A stretch of 64,000 nucleotides of DNA from Minisyncoccota bacterium (GTDB lineage Bacteria > Patescibacteriota > Minisyncoccia > Phycocordibacterales > CAJBRS01). Under the pieces are notes generated by a model. It did not search any database. It was not told the origin of the DNA and was given only the letters and a program-made list of their open reading frames with translations. Of this stretch, positions 46,610 to 56,339 are shown in pieces. The first letter of the stretch is position 1. Each line of letters begins with the position of its first letter. The stretch is taken from contig JADGRH010000006.1 of NCBI GenBank assembly GCA_017881075.1, positions 117,666-181,665 of the forward strand, written 5' to 3'. Position numbers and translations under genes: made by a program.

Positions 46610-47731
46610 ATGAAATTCGGATTAAAAAGTATTAAAGAAGTCGAAAATCTACAGGGAAAGAAAGTGATCCTGCGGCTTGATCTTAATGTGCCGGAAGAAA
46701 ATGGTCAGATAAAAGATGATTTTCGAATTTTGAAATTACTGCCGGTCTTGGATTTTCTACGAGAGAATGGGGCAATATCATTAGTAATTAGCCATCTTGA
46801 TGCCGTTGGCGAATCTTTGGAGCCGGTTGCCCAATATTTGAATCAGAAATTTCCAACCACTTTTTTTAAAGATATTTTTAGTGAAGAGGTGCAACAAAAA
46901 ATGAAGAGCGCCGAAAACGGAGAGGTTATTCTTTTTGAGAATATTCGTCAGTATCCGGAAGAAGAAAAAAATAATGAAGACTTTAGTAAGAAAATTGCCG
47001 CTCTTGGCGATCTTTATGTAAACGATGCCTTTCCAGCCTCGCATCGTAAGCATGCATCAATCATTGGCGTACCAAAATTTCTGCCGCATTATGCCGGTAT
47101 TCAATTTGAGAAAGAAATAGAGCATCTTTCTCTGCATGATAATCCGGAAAGACCATTCCTTTTTATTTTAGGGGGGGCAAAATTTGAAACGAAGCTTCCT
47201 TTGATTCAAAAGTTTTTGAGCAAGGCAGATAAATGCTTCGTGGCTGGGGCTCTAGCAAACGACTTTTTCAAAGCTAAGGGTTGGGAGGTAGGAAGGTCTG
47301 TTATTTCCGATATTCCATTTGATCGATCCATTTTGAAGAATGAAAAATTAATTTTACCCACGGATGTTGTGGTGGAGAACGGACAGGGAGTCGAAGCCAA
47401 GGATGCATCCCTAATCGCTGTAGGCGACAAGATCGTAGATGCCGGCCCGAAGTCGTTGCAGCAACTCAGAGGACTCATCAAGGAAGCGAAATTGATCATT
47501 TGGAATGGCCCACTTGGTTTTTACGAGAATGGTTTTAATCAGCCAACACTTGATTTGGCCAAAATGATCGGGGGAAGCGTAGCCACTTCCGTCATCGGTG
47601 GTGGCGACACCATCGCCGCTATTGAAACTCTCGGCATCCAGGACAAATTTACTTTTGTTTCCACTGGCGGCGGCGCGATGCTGGACTTCTTACTGGATGA
47701 AACCTTGCCGGGGATTGAGGCCTTGAAATAG
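46610..47731 (+). CDS. pgk: phosphoglycerate kinase
   Basis: VILRLDLNVP... GGGA..DF. Confidence 0.9.
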   Translation: MKFGLKSIKEVENLQGKKVILRLDLNVPEENGQIKDDFRILKLLPVLDFLRENGAISLVISHLDAVGESLEPVAQYLNQKFPTTFFKDIFSEEVQQKMKSAENGEVILFENIRQYPEEEKNNEDFSKKIAALGDLYVNDAFPASHRKHASIIGVPKFLPHYAGIQFEKEIEHLSLHDNPERPFLFILGGAKFETKLPLIQKFLSKADKCFVAGALANDFFKAKGWEVGRSVISDIPFDRSILKNEKLILPTDVVVENGQGVEAKDASLIAVGDKIVDAGPKSLQQLRGLIKEAKLIIWNGPLGFYENGFNQPTLDLAKMIGGSVATSVIGGGDTIAAIETLGIQDKFTFVSTGGGAMLDFLLDETLPGIEALK

Positions 47732-47796
47732 TGTCAAAGACTGTCTTTGACATGCCTGTAATGGTTTGTTAAGGTGAAAATAGAAAGATTCCACCT

Positions 47797-48057
47797 ATGA
47801 AATTTGTAAGGAAGTCGATTTGGGTATTAGTTGCGGCTCTTATACTCTCATTTAATATTGTTTGTTGGAGGCTGATACCCTATCTAATAAATCATGATGC
47901 CACGAAAGAAATTCTCGCGGTCGTCTTTGGGATCATAATTCTTGTTATCCTCCCTTCCGCATTTTTCTTTTTACTTCTTCTGCGCTATTCGCCCTGGAGA
48001 TGGCCAAGAATCCAAAAGAGTATAGAGCCTCTATTTGGAGAAGAACGGCGCGTCTAA
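47797..48057 (+). CDS. small membrane protein (86 aa)
   Basis: Two predicted TM helices. Confidence 0.4.
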   Translation: MKFVRKSIWVLVAALILSFNIVCWRLIPYLINHDATKEILAVVFGIIILVILPSAFFFLLLLRYSPWRWPRIQKSIEPLFGEERRV

Positions 48058-48098
48058 AAACGACGCCGATTTTATTTTTCTAATTCCTTTTTATTGAA

Positions 48099-48121
48099 TG
48101 ACCGAAGTCTGACTTCGGTCA
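48099..48121. repeat. palindrome family member: TGACCGAAGTC-T-GACTTCGGTCA (23-nt perfect)
   Basis: Lies between convergent genes and abuts the trmB-like stop codon. Confidence 0.85.
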
Positions 48122-48910
48122 TCACTTGTTGTCACTCATCTGCCAGAGAGTTTCATAAACAGCTTTCATGCTTTCGGCGATGCTTCGGCTTTGGATAATG
48201 ATTCCATGCTCTCTGCCTTTTGATAAAGACATAATGCCAATACGATCAGCATAAATATCAATTTCATTTTTGAAGTTGTATAAGTCCGGTGGTAAGAAAC
48301 GGACGGTGCGAAGCTCTTTCTGGTTTCGTTCTGTTGAAAATTCCTTCATTGCTCTTTCAGTTTTGGGAATAATTCCGCGAGTAGGAATAGCTAAAGCTGT
48401 TCGCCGCTCCCAATAATTATTTAAGAACTCTTCGCCGAAGCTATACTCTATTGATTCAACAGAGGAAAAAGACAAGATCTCTCGAGGCTTATTTTTTAAG
48501 GTATCGTTTAAAACCTCTCTCACTCCATCCACTCCTTCATAAAAAAGAACAACAGGCTTATCTTCGGCGGAAGAAAAATTCGCTTCAAATTCATTTTTTA
48601 ACGACTCTGCCCTTTTCAATAAGTCGGTGACGGCTTCCTGTTTTGATTCTAGCCTTGCCACAATATCCGAATATTCCATCGGCACGAAATACTTAGTCCG
48701 ATTATTCTTTTTAGCTCGTATCTTTACAAAGCCTTTAGCCGAGAGCCGTTTCAAGGCCTCATAGGCGGTGACTCTATTAAGGCCAGCTACTTTGGCGATA
48801 CCACTCGCCGAACCAGACCCAATATCTAAAGTGGCCAAATAAGCCCCAATCTCGGCCTTATTTAAGCCCAGTTCGGTTAAAAACTGTCTCATTTCCGGTC
48901 TAATATTCAT
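48122..48910 (-). CDS. TrmB-like HTH transcriptional regulator
   Basis: N-terminal winged-helix region ...IAKVAGLNRVTAYEALKRLSAKGFV. Confidence 0.5.
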   Translation of the reverse strand: MNIRPEMRQFLTELGLNKAEIGAYLATLDIGSGSASGIAKVAGLNRVTAYEALKRLSAKGFVKIRAKKNNRTKYFVPMEYSDIVARLESKQEAVTDLLKRAESLKNEFEANFSSAEDKPVVLFYEGVDGVREVLNDTLKNKPREILSFSSVESIEYSFGEEFLNNYWERRTALAIPTRGIIPKTERAMKEFSTERNQKELRTVRFLPPDLYNFKNEIDIYADRIGIMSLSKGREHGIIIQSRSIAESMKAVYETLWQMSDNK

Positions 48911-49081
48911 GTTTGTAGTATACGATTTACAACATAAAATGCAAGTATATATCTGATTTTATCTTTAATAATAAGCCGATTCTAGCTTTTTGGTCTTTTA
49001 ACTACTCATATTTGTAAATCATAATTTACTATAAGTGCTTATCGATGTACTCTTTACTCAGGAATTTGGCTTTAAATAGGT

Positions 49082-49588
49082 GTGCCATTGAACACCAGAA
49101 GAAGAAACTTGAAAATGAAATGGAAATCATATTCAGTAGTTCAGATTAAGACTCACAAAGTTACAACAATTGATGACCTCATCAGGGGGATAAGGATTTC
49201 CAAAATCCGAATGACTCCTAGCGGGCATCAACTTATAGAGAATGAACGACATTCCTCTTGGGAAGGGGAAGCCGAAGTTAGATTCTATAAGTGGAAAAAA
49301 GATTTGTATGTTGGTCGCATTCTGCTCTGTCAGTTAAGAGCACTTCTTTTACTTCAACCACAAGGAGGAAAAGGAGCCTTACTCACTGGAAAAGGCGAAC
49401 TGAATACTTTCAATATCCAAATGAGAAGTGGAGTGAGTTGGGCTATAGATGTGTGGTATGAAGACGGATGGAATATAACCGCATCTGATCCAAACATTGG
49501 TTCGAGTGACGATCGTTTCTCCACGATTGCTGTGGCGGAAGTGATGATGAGGTTAGAGTCTATCCCCGGCCCTCGCTACGAAAATTAA
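49082..49588 (+). CDS. hypothetical protein (168 aa)
   Basis: ORF only. Confidence 0.35.
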   Translation: MPLNTRRRNLKMKWKSYSVVQIKTHKVTTIDDLIRGIRISKIRMTPSGHQLIENERHSSWEGEAEVRFYKWKKDLYVGRILLCQLRALLLLQPQGGKGALLTGKGELNTFNIQMRSGVSWAIDVWYEDGWNITASDPNIGSSDDRFSTIAVAEVMMRLESIPGPRYEN

Positions 49589-49632
49589 AACGCTGTAACT
49601 AAAGACCTCGCATGAGAAATTGTGCGGGGATT

Positions 49633-50046
49633 TTATTTTTCTAATTCTTTTTTGATTTTTGCTGATACCGCTTTACTCTCACCTTCTTTGTAGATTAGAT
49701 GGCGGCCATGATAGCCGCCGTCATTACTGAATCGGGGGATAACGTGAATATGAGTGTGGAAGACATCTTGCCCGCCCGCTTTCTCGTTATTCATGACTAT
49801 GTTGATACCGTCGGCATCCAATCCATGTTTGATTGCCGTAGCCATTTTCTTGACAGTTAGCATTAAGCGGCAGAATTCTTCATCCGGGGTGGTGTAAATA
49901 TTCTCAAAATGATCTTTAGTTACTACTAAGGTGTGACCGAGGTTGTTCGGGTGAATATCAAGGAAGGCAAAAGTATATTCATCTTCATAAATTTTTTCTG
50001 AAGGAATCTCTCCTTTCACTATTTTGCAAAAGATACAATCTGACAT
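49633..50046 (-). CDS. HIT family (histidine triad) hydrolase
   Basis: CIFCKI... HTHIHVIPR. Confidence 0.9.
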   Translation of the reverse strand: MSDCIFCKIVKGEIPSEKIYEDEYTFAFLDIHPNNLGHTLVVTKDHFENIYTTPDEEFCRLMLTVKKMATAIKHGLDADGINIVMNNEKAGGQDVFHTHIHVIPRFSNDGGYHGRHLIYKEGESKAVSAKIKKELEK

Positions 50047-50081
50047 AATAGTATTTTAACATATCCATCATATCCTCCAGC

Positions 50082-50110
50082 AAAATAACGAAGTCAGACT
50101 TCGTTATTTT
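50082..50110. repeat. palindrome family member: AAAATAACGAAGTC-A-GACTTCGTTATTTT (29-nt perfect)
   Basis: Lies between the divergent HIT and recJ genes. Confidence 0.85.
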
Positions 50111-50126
50111 AGAACAAATTTAACTA

Positions 50127-51860
50127 TTGTTTATCCTGAATGTGTTAAGATGTTTCAAAATGAAGACCTACAAAGTTAGAGAAGAACTCAGAGATATTGA
50201 TCGAGAAGCTCTGAAATCCTACCCGGAATTTTTGCAACACCTCCTGTTTCATCGTGGCCTCCGGAGTGAGGAGGCCGCGGAAGAGTTTCTCTTTCCTCAT
50301 TATGAGAATGGCACTCACGATCCGTATCTGATGAAAGATATGGAGAAAGCGGTGAAGCGAATCATGAAGGCTATTGATAATGACGAAAAAACCATTATTT
50401 TCAGCGATTTTGATGCCGATGGTATTCCCGGCGCTGTCGTTCTGCACGATTTTTTTAAGAAGATCGGTTACAACAACTTTGAGAATTACATTCCGGATCG
50501 ACACAACGAAGGCTACGGTCTCAACGTGGATGCGATCACTAAGTTTAAAGAACTCGGAGCAACACTTCTCATCACTATTGATTGCGGCATTTCAAATTTC
50601 AAAGAAGTAGAGAAAGCTAATGAATTCGGTATTGACGTTATTATCACTGATCACCACTTACCTCATAAAAAATTACCAGCCGCTTATGCCATCATTAATT
50701 CCAAACAAGAAGATTGCGACTACCCGTTCAAAATGCTCTGCGGTGCCGGCGTGGTTTTTAAATTAGTACAGGCAATTCTGAAGAAAAAAAGATTCAGCAT
50801 TAAAGAGGGAATGGAAAAATGGTATTTAGACATGGTAGGTTTTGCCACTCTTTCTGACATGGTGCCACTTCACGGTGAGAATCGCATCTTTGCTCACTAT
50901 GGCTTGATGGTCTTGCGCAAATCTCCGCGCCTTGGTCTTTTGGAGCTTTTGCGTCGGGCGGATATCAATCCTCGCAATCTTTCCGAAGATGATATTTCCT
51001 TCAGCCTAACACCGAAGATTAATGCTGCTTCCCGCATGGGTTCGCCCCACTCCGCTTTTGAATTATTTAAGACGAATGACCAGGTACGAGCCAAAGAATT
51101 ATCGGAAGACCTATTCAAATTAAATGATGAAAGAAAAGGAGTGGTAGCGGCTATGTTGAAAGAAATGCGGAAGGTAATCGAAAAAAGAGAGATTGGTGAA
51201 GTAATCGTATTGGGAAATCCGAAATGGCGGCCAGGGGTTTTGGGCCTGGCCGCCAACAACCTTGCAGACGAATATCAGAAGCCGGTATTTCTCTGGGGAA
51301 GGGAAGGGAGCGGCCTGCTTAAAGGGTCAGGCCGCTCAAACGGATTGATTGACCTTTCTGTTTTGCTTAAGGAGGTCAATCCAGAAATCATTTCCGATTA
51401 TGGAGGTCACGCCTTCGCCGGCGGCTTCACTGTTGTTATCGATAAAGTCCATTTACTGGAAGAAGAATTAAATCGGGCATACGAGAAGACTAAAATGGTA
51501 ACAGTCTTGTCGGAAAATTTTGTAGACAAGAAACTTTCCATGAACGAGGTGAACTGGGAACTCTATAAATTGATTGCCAAGCTCGCTCCTTACGGAGAAG
51601 GGAATCCAAAACCAATGTTCTTGTTTGAAGGAGCGAAAATAAAAACTATGAAGCAATTCGGCAAGACCGCTAATCACCTTGAATTAATGTTTGAAAATGA
51701 AAAAGGCAAAAAGATCAAAGCTATCGGCTTTTTCATGAACGAAGGCAGTTTCAGTAAACCAATGAAGGCCGGTCAAAAAATCGATCTAGTGGCCACCTTT
51801 GAAAAATCCAATTTTCGCAATTTTCCCGAGCTAAGGCTACGCATCGTTGACATTTTATAG
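50127..51860 (+). CDS. recJ: single-stranded-DNA-specific exonuclease RecJ (DHH/DHHA1)
   Basis: IIFSDFDADGIPG and ITDHH. Confidence 0.85.
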   Translation: MFILNVLRCFKMKTYKVREELRDIDREALKSYPEFLQHLLFHRGLRSEEAAEEFLFPHYENGTHDPYLMKDMEKAVKRIMKAIDNDEKTIIFSDFDADGIPGAVVLHDFFKKIGYNNFENYIPDRHNEGYGLNVDAITKFKELGATLLITIDCGISNFKEVEKANEFGIDVIITDHHLPHKKLPAAYAIINSKQEDCDYPFKMLCGAGVVFKLVQAILKKKRFSIKEGMEKWYLDMVGFATLSDMVPLHGENRIFAHYGLMVLRKSPRLGLLELLRRADINPRNLSEDDISFSLTPKINAASRMGSPHSAFELFKTNDQVRAKELSEDLFKLNDERKGVVAAMLKEMRKVIEKREIGEVIVLGNPKWRPGVLGLAANNLADEYQKPVFLWGREGSGLLKGSGRSNGLIDLSVLLKEVNPEIISDYGGHAFAGGFTVVIDKVHLLEEELNRAYEKTKMVTVLSENFVDKKLSMNEVNWELYKLIAKLAPYGEGNPKPMFLFEGAKIKTMKQFGKTANHLELMFENEKGKKIKAIGFFMNEGSFSKPMKAGQKIDLVATFEKSNFRNFPELRLRIVDIL

Positions 51861-51896
51861 ATGTGAATTACCATTGAATTTAGAAAGATATTTCAT

Positions 51897-53504
51897 ATGA
51901 TAACTACATTAAAAACTCTCACACGAGAGGCATTTGCGGATATTAAGGAGGAAATGAAAGTTCGTCGGACCTCAGAGGTCTTTCTTCTTTTTCCTCTTGG
52001 CAGTCAGTTTGACCATCTGATTAAACTGGCCCTTGCGAAATTGGGAGTCTATTGTTTGGTGGCAGATCCGAAGACTCTCCGAGCAACCGACGTCAAAAAA
52101 CTCGCTCCTAAGGGAATCATTCTCTCCGGAGGCCCTGCTTCAGTTTATGCCGAGAACGTAGAATTTGACCGTGAAATTTTTGGTCTGGGTATTCCCGTAC
52201 TCGGTATCTGCTTTGGTTTCCAGATGTGGGCTCACCATGTTGGTGTTGAAGTTGTGTCATCCGACAAAAAAGAGTTTAGCGTTCACCGCCTAAATATTTT
52301 GTTGCCCGATTCACCACTATTTAAGGATTTCAAAAATCTGAATGTTCAACAAAATCATGGAGACAAGATTCTACCCAATGAAAAGATATTTCAAACATTA
52401 GCCGCCACAGACAACTCTCCCGTGGCGGCCGGTAGAAAAGGTCATTTGTGGGGTGTTCAGTTTCATCCGGAAGTCTCGGCTACGCCGGACGGCTTGAAAA
52501 TATTAGAGAACTTCTGTTTTTCCATCTGCGGAGCGCAGGATCGTTTTCCGGCGGTGGACGCGGCAAAGGAAAAAGTCTCTCACCTACAGGAAACTCTGGG
52601 AAGCGATAAGAAAGTGCTTCTGGCACTCTCCGGTGGATCCGATTCCTCGGTAGTAGCATATCTCTTAAAACAGGTGTTTGGTCAAACAATTGGACGCGTG
52701 CGGGCGATCTACATCAAAGGGATAGATCGTCCTGACGATGAAAAAGATGTCCGGAGATTCTTTGGTGGAGAACCTTGGCTGGAACTTCAGGTGGTTGACG
52801 CCACGACCGCATTTCTGGAAGTGCTTAGGGGTAAACCGAGCATGAAGGAAAAGAGAATTGCCATGCGAGGTGTTTATAAAAGGATATTGGAGGAAGAGGG
52901 GCAAAAATTCGGAGCGGATTTCATCGCTCAAGGAACTCTCTACACCGATATCTCCGAAAGCGGAGGAGGTTATGATGTTGGCTCGCGCAAAGCGGAGATC
53001 AAACTCCATCATAATACTAACCTCGGCTTCTCTATTCCGGAGCTAACGCCTCTAGACGAATATGTCAAAGACAGCGCTCGGGATATTGGCGCCGCAATCG
53101 GCGTGCCCAAGGAGCTTCTACTCAGGCATCCTTTTCCTGGACCCGGTTTGGTGGTTCGAATTGAAGGAGAAGTCACTGCGGAGAATCTCAAAGTCGCACG
53201 GGAGGTGGACTCTATCTATATTGAGGAACTTCGTAAGAGTGGTATTTATCAAACGGTCTGGCAGGCCGGAGCAGTGGTGACGCAATCTGTAACTACTTGC
53301 ACTCAAGGCGACGAGGCTGGTAATGGTCTAGTCATTGCTCTGTGGGCAGTTTGGAGTGTTAATGGTTTTACCGCTGAAGCAGCTGAACTGCCGTGGGAGT
53401 TTCTTTCCGGTCTCGCCAAGAGGATTACTAATGAAGTTCGCTCTGTGGGGTCGGTGGTCTATCGACTCACTGACAAGCCTCCGAGCACTATTGAGTGGGG
53501 TTAA
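51897..53504 (+). CDS. guaA: GMP synthase (glutamine-hydrolysing)
   Basis: GATase ICFGFQ...H.E. ATP-PPase SGGSDSSV. Confidence 0.9.
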   Translation: MITTLKTLTREAFADIKEEMKVRRTSEVFLLFPLGSQFDHLIKLALAKLGVYCLVADPKTLRATDVKKLAPKGIILSGGPASVYAENVEFDREIFGLGIPVLGICFGFQMWAHHVGVEVVSSDKKEFSVHRLNILLPDSPLFKDFKNLNVQQNHGDKILPNEKIFQTLAATDNSPVAAGRKGHLWGVQFHPEVSATPDGLKILENFCFSICGAQDRFPAVDAAKEKVSHLQETLGSDKKVLLALSGGSDSSVVAYLLKQVFGQTIGRVRAIYIKGIDRPDDEKDVRRFFGGEPWLELQVVDATTAFLEVLRGKPSMKEKRIAMRGVYKRILEEEGQKFGADFIAQGTLYTDISESGGGYDVGSRKAEIKLHHNTNLGFSIPELTPLDEYVKDSARDIGAAIGVPKELLLRHPFPGPGLVVRIEGEVTAENLKVAREVDSIYIEELRKSGIYQTVWQAGAVVTQSVTTCTQGDEAGNGLVIALWAVWSVNGFTAEAAELPWEFLSGLAKRITNEVRSVGSVVYRLTDKPPSTIEWG

Positions 53505-53511
53505 TTCAGCA

Positions 53512-53546
53512 AGCCGTGCGGGCAACTTTCTCGCACGGCTTTTTTA
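53512..53546 (+). terminator. rho-independent terminator AGCCGTGCG...CGCACGGCT-T6
   Basis: 9-bp stem followed by a T-tract. Confidence 0.8.
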
Positions 53547-53600
53547 ATTTGCTTATTTAAAACATAGCTGGTAGAGTCATATTTTAGAAGCCTCCTTAAT

Positions 53601-54089
53601 ATGAATATCACCAATTCTGAATCTAATCGGATTTCTTCGACGGCGTTGTCTCAGAGCCCCAGTTCCTTGTATGAATACATTAAGTGTCATTTCCTCTCCC
53701 GCAAATATCTTGGCGAAGAGATGAAGAATATGCCTTTAGAATTTTGTAACGGCATTACCGTTGTCAGATGTCGCTACTGCGCAGTGAGGGAGAGATGGGG
53801 AGAAAGATTTTTCATTATCCAAATCTTTCTTTTGGGCACTGAAGATTCTAAGAACCTTCACAATATTGAAGAATACAGTGTGGGGGAAGAGGGAATTGTC
53901 GGCATCCACGAAATTAATAATGCTCGACTAGTTACTTTTCCATCAGCCGATCAGTTTAGCTGGCCAGCACTTGTATCCAATAAAGTAAAAGAAGTGGCTG
54001 CGGTAGCAGTTCTAGTTTTCCTCAAGGGGGTCTTAGACCACCCGACGATGAAGTGCAAGAAGATTTCTCTGACGAGCTTATCGAGGTAA
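53601..54089 (+). CDS. questionable hypothetical ORF (162 aa)
   Basis: ORF only. Upstream sequence is CCTCCTT rather than an SD. Confidence 0.25.
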   Translation: MNITNSESNRISSTALSQSPSSLYEYIKCHFLSRKYLGEEMKNMPLEFCNGITVVRCRYCAVRERWGERFFIIQIFLLGTEDSKNLHNIEEYSVGEEGIVGIHEINNARLVTFPSADQFSWPALVSNKVKEVAAVAVLVFLKGVLDHPTMKCKKISLTSLSR

Positions 54090-54140
54090 TTCTCGATGGG
54101 CTTTTTAATTTGGGCTTGCATTAAATGATATAATTTTTTC

Positions 54141-54881
54141 ATGAATAAGATTGTCATTTTTACCGACGGCGCTTCGCGAGGCAATCCCGGTCCGGGTGGC
54201 TGGGGCGCTGTAATAGCTTATAGGAATCAGCTTATAGCTTATAGCAAAAAGGAAAGTGTAATTGAGTTGGGAGGAAGAGAGACTAATACAACCAACAACA
54301 GAATGGAATTAATAGCGGCAATCAAAGCTTTAGAATACATTTCCTATAAGCTAAAACCTATAAGCTATAAGCTAGATATTTACACCGACTCTTCCTATTT
54401 GATAAATGGCATCACCAAATGGGTAAGTGCCTGGCGAATGAATGATTGGCGCACAAAGGCCAAAAAAGAAGTTTTAAATCGCGAACTCTGGGAGGAGTTG
54501 GTAGAGCAGACGGAAAACAAGAATATTGAATGGAAATATTCTGGCGGTCATAGCGGCATCGCCGGTAATGAAAGGTGTGATGAGATCGCAACGGAATTTG
54601 CCGATGGTAAAGAAGTAAATTTACACAACAGCGCGCTTTCAAAATACCCGATTGATATTTTGAATTTTAATTTTAATGAGGCGAAAACTCAAAAAAAGGC
54701 GGCCCTTCGGCGGCACTCAGGGCTTGCAGCCTACTCCTACGTCAGTATGGTAGACGGTAAAATAAAAACCCACAAATCCTGGCCCGACTGCGAAAAGCGC
54801 GTCAAAGGCAAGAGTGGAGCAAGGTTTAAGAAAGCAACGAGTGCTGCTCAAGAAAAAGAAATTATTAGCGCTTGGGAATAG
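54141..54881 (+). CDS. rnhA: ribonuclease HI with C-terminal hybrid-binding (Cauli_VI-like) domain
   Basis: IFTDGASRGNPGPGGWG... C-terminus YSYVSMVDGKIKTHKSWPDCEKRVKGKSGARFKKATS matches the HBD consensus. Confidence 0.85.
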   Translation: MNKIVIFTDGASRGNPGPGGWGAVIAYRNQLIAYSKKESVIELGGRETNTTNNRMELIAAIKALEYISYKLKPISYKLDIYTDSSYLINGITKWVSAWRMNDWRTKAKKEVLNRELWEELVEQTENKNIEWKYSGGHSGIAGNERCDEIATEFADGKEVNLHNSALSKYPIDILNFNFNEAKTQKKAALRRHSGLAAYSYVSMVDGKIKTHKSWPDCEKRVKGKSGARFKKATSAAQEKEIISAWE

Positions 54882-54935
54882 ATTTTTTTATCTTCTCTTT
54901 AAATAAATTTTAACTCTTGCGCATAAACTTCAGGA

Positions 54936-56339
54936 ATGAAGTTTTACGTTTTTGTCTGGAGTTTTTTTGGCGTTGTTTTTCTTGCCTCGGTTTTCCATTG
55001 GCCGCTTTGGCCGTTTCACAATCACGATCCCAATTTCTATTCTCACCTTAATGAAGTCGTAACCATTCGCGGAATTATAGTGGATGAGCCGGATCAAAGA
55101 GAAAACAATACCAATCTAATAATTCTACCGACAAAAATTAATGACAAGTCTTTTTCTACTAAAGAAAAATTAATTGCTCGAGCTCCATCATATTCCACTT
55201 TTCAATACGGAGATGAGGTTGAAGTAAGGGGGAAGTTGGAATTGCCGGAAATGATCGATTCGGATAATGGTCGTACTTTCAATTATCCCGAATATCTGGC
55301 AAAAGATAATATCTATTATTTGATAAATAGGGCGGAGGTCAAGGTAATTTCAAGCGGCCATGGAAATATCGTTAAAAGAAATCTTTTCAAAATCAAGCAT
55401 GCCTTTCTCTCTAATCTCAATGAATTATTACCTGAACCGCATTCCGGTTTCATGGGTGGCTTGATTATTGCCGGAAAGAAATCTTTGCCGGCCGATATTT
55501 TGGCCGAATTTCAGAGAACTGGAACACTGCAGATAGTTGTTCTCTCCGGCTACAACATTACTATTGTGGCCGAAGCAATGATGAAAATGTTTTCATTTTT
55601 ACCAAGCGCCGGCGGATTGATAGCCGGCGCTGGGAGCATCATTCTTTTTTCAATTATGGCGGGTGGCGCGTCTACGATAGTCCGCGCCGCCGTCATGGCC
55701 TTGATCTCCATTCTCGGTAAGGCTACTCACCGTGTTTATGATGCCAAACGAGCCCTCTTTATGGCCGGTTTTTTAATGGTACTTCAGAATCCAAAGATAT
55801 TGACCTATGACCCTTCATTTCAGCTTAGTTTTATGGCTACTTTGGGGTTAATGGTTCTCTCGCCATTCTTCGAGCAACGTCTATTATGGATTCCAGAAAA
55901 ATTCCAACTTAGGGCAATGGCTTCAGCAACTCTTGCCAGCCAAGTTTTCGTCACTCCGATTATTTTCTACCAGATCGGCCAGGTTTCTCTTGTTTCCGTG
56001 CCAACCAACATGCTAATGCTCATTCTTGTTCCAACAATAATGTTGATCGGTTTTATCACGGGGCTTGTGGGGTTTGTCAGCCACTTGGTCGCAATGCCTT
56101 TTGCCTTCATTTCGTATTTTTTACTTTCATACGAGCTTTTTGTGTTAAAATTTTTTGCCAATATTCCTTTTGCTTTGATCTCAATTCCATTTCCGTTCTG
56201 GGTGTTAGCCGGCGTTTACGGTTTTTATGTTTTTATCTTTTTTAAGAGGAGAAAAAATACCAGCCAAATAACAAAAGAAAGCGCCGCCGTAGGCGGCGCT
56301 TTCTCAAGAATTAAAGACATTAAGATCCTAGAGGACTAA
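54936..56339 (+). CDS. comEC: ComEC/Rec2 family DNA-uptake channel (DUF4131 + competence domain; no MBL domain)
   Basis: Multi-pass membrane protein. LQIVVLSGYNITIV. Confidence 0.8.
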   Translation: MKFYVFVWSFFGVVFLASVFHWPLWPFHNHDPNFYSHLNEVVTIRGIIVDEPDQRENNTNLIILPTKINDKSFSTKEKLIARAPSYSTFQYGDEVEVRGKLELPEMIDSDNGRTFNYPEYLAKDNIYYLINRAEVKVISSGHGNIVKRNLFKIKHAFLSNLNELLPEPHSGFMGGLIIAGKKSLPADILAEFQRTGTLQIVVLSGYNITIVAEAMMKMFSFLPSAGGLIAGAGSIILFSIMAGGASTIVRAAVMALISILGKATHRVYDAKRALFMAGFLMVLQNPKILTYDPSFQLSFMATLGLMVLSPFFEQRLLWIPEKFQLRAMASATLASQVFVTPIIFYQIGQVSLVSVPTNMLMLILVPTIMLIGFITGLVGFVSHLVAMPFAFISYFLLSYELFVLKFFANIPFALISIPFPFWVLAGVYGFYVFIFFKRRKNTSQITKESAAVGGAFSRIKDIKILED

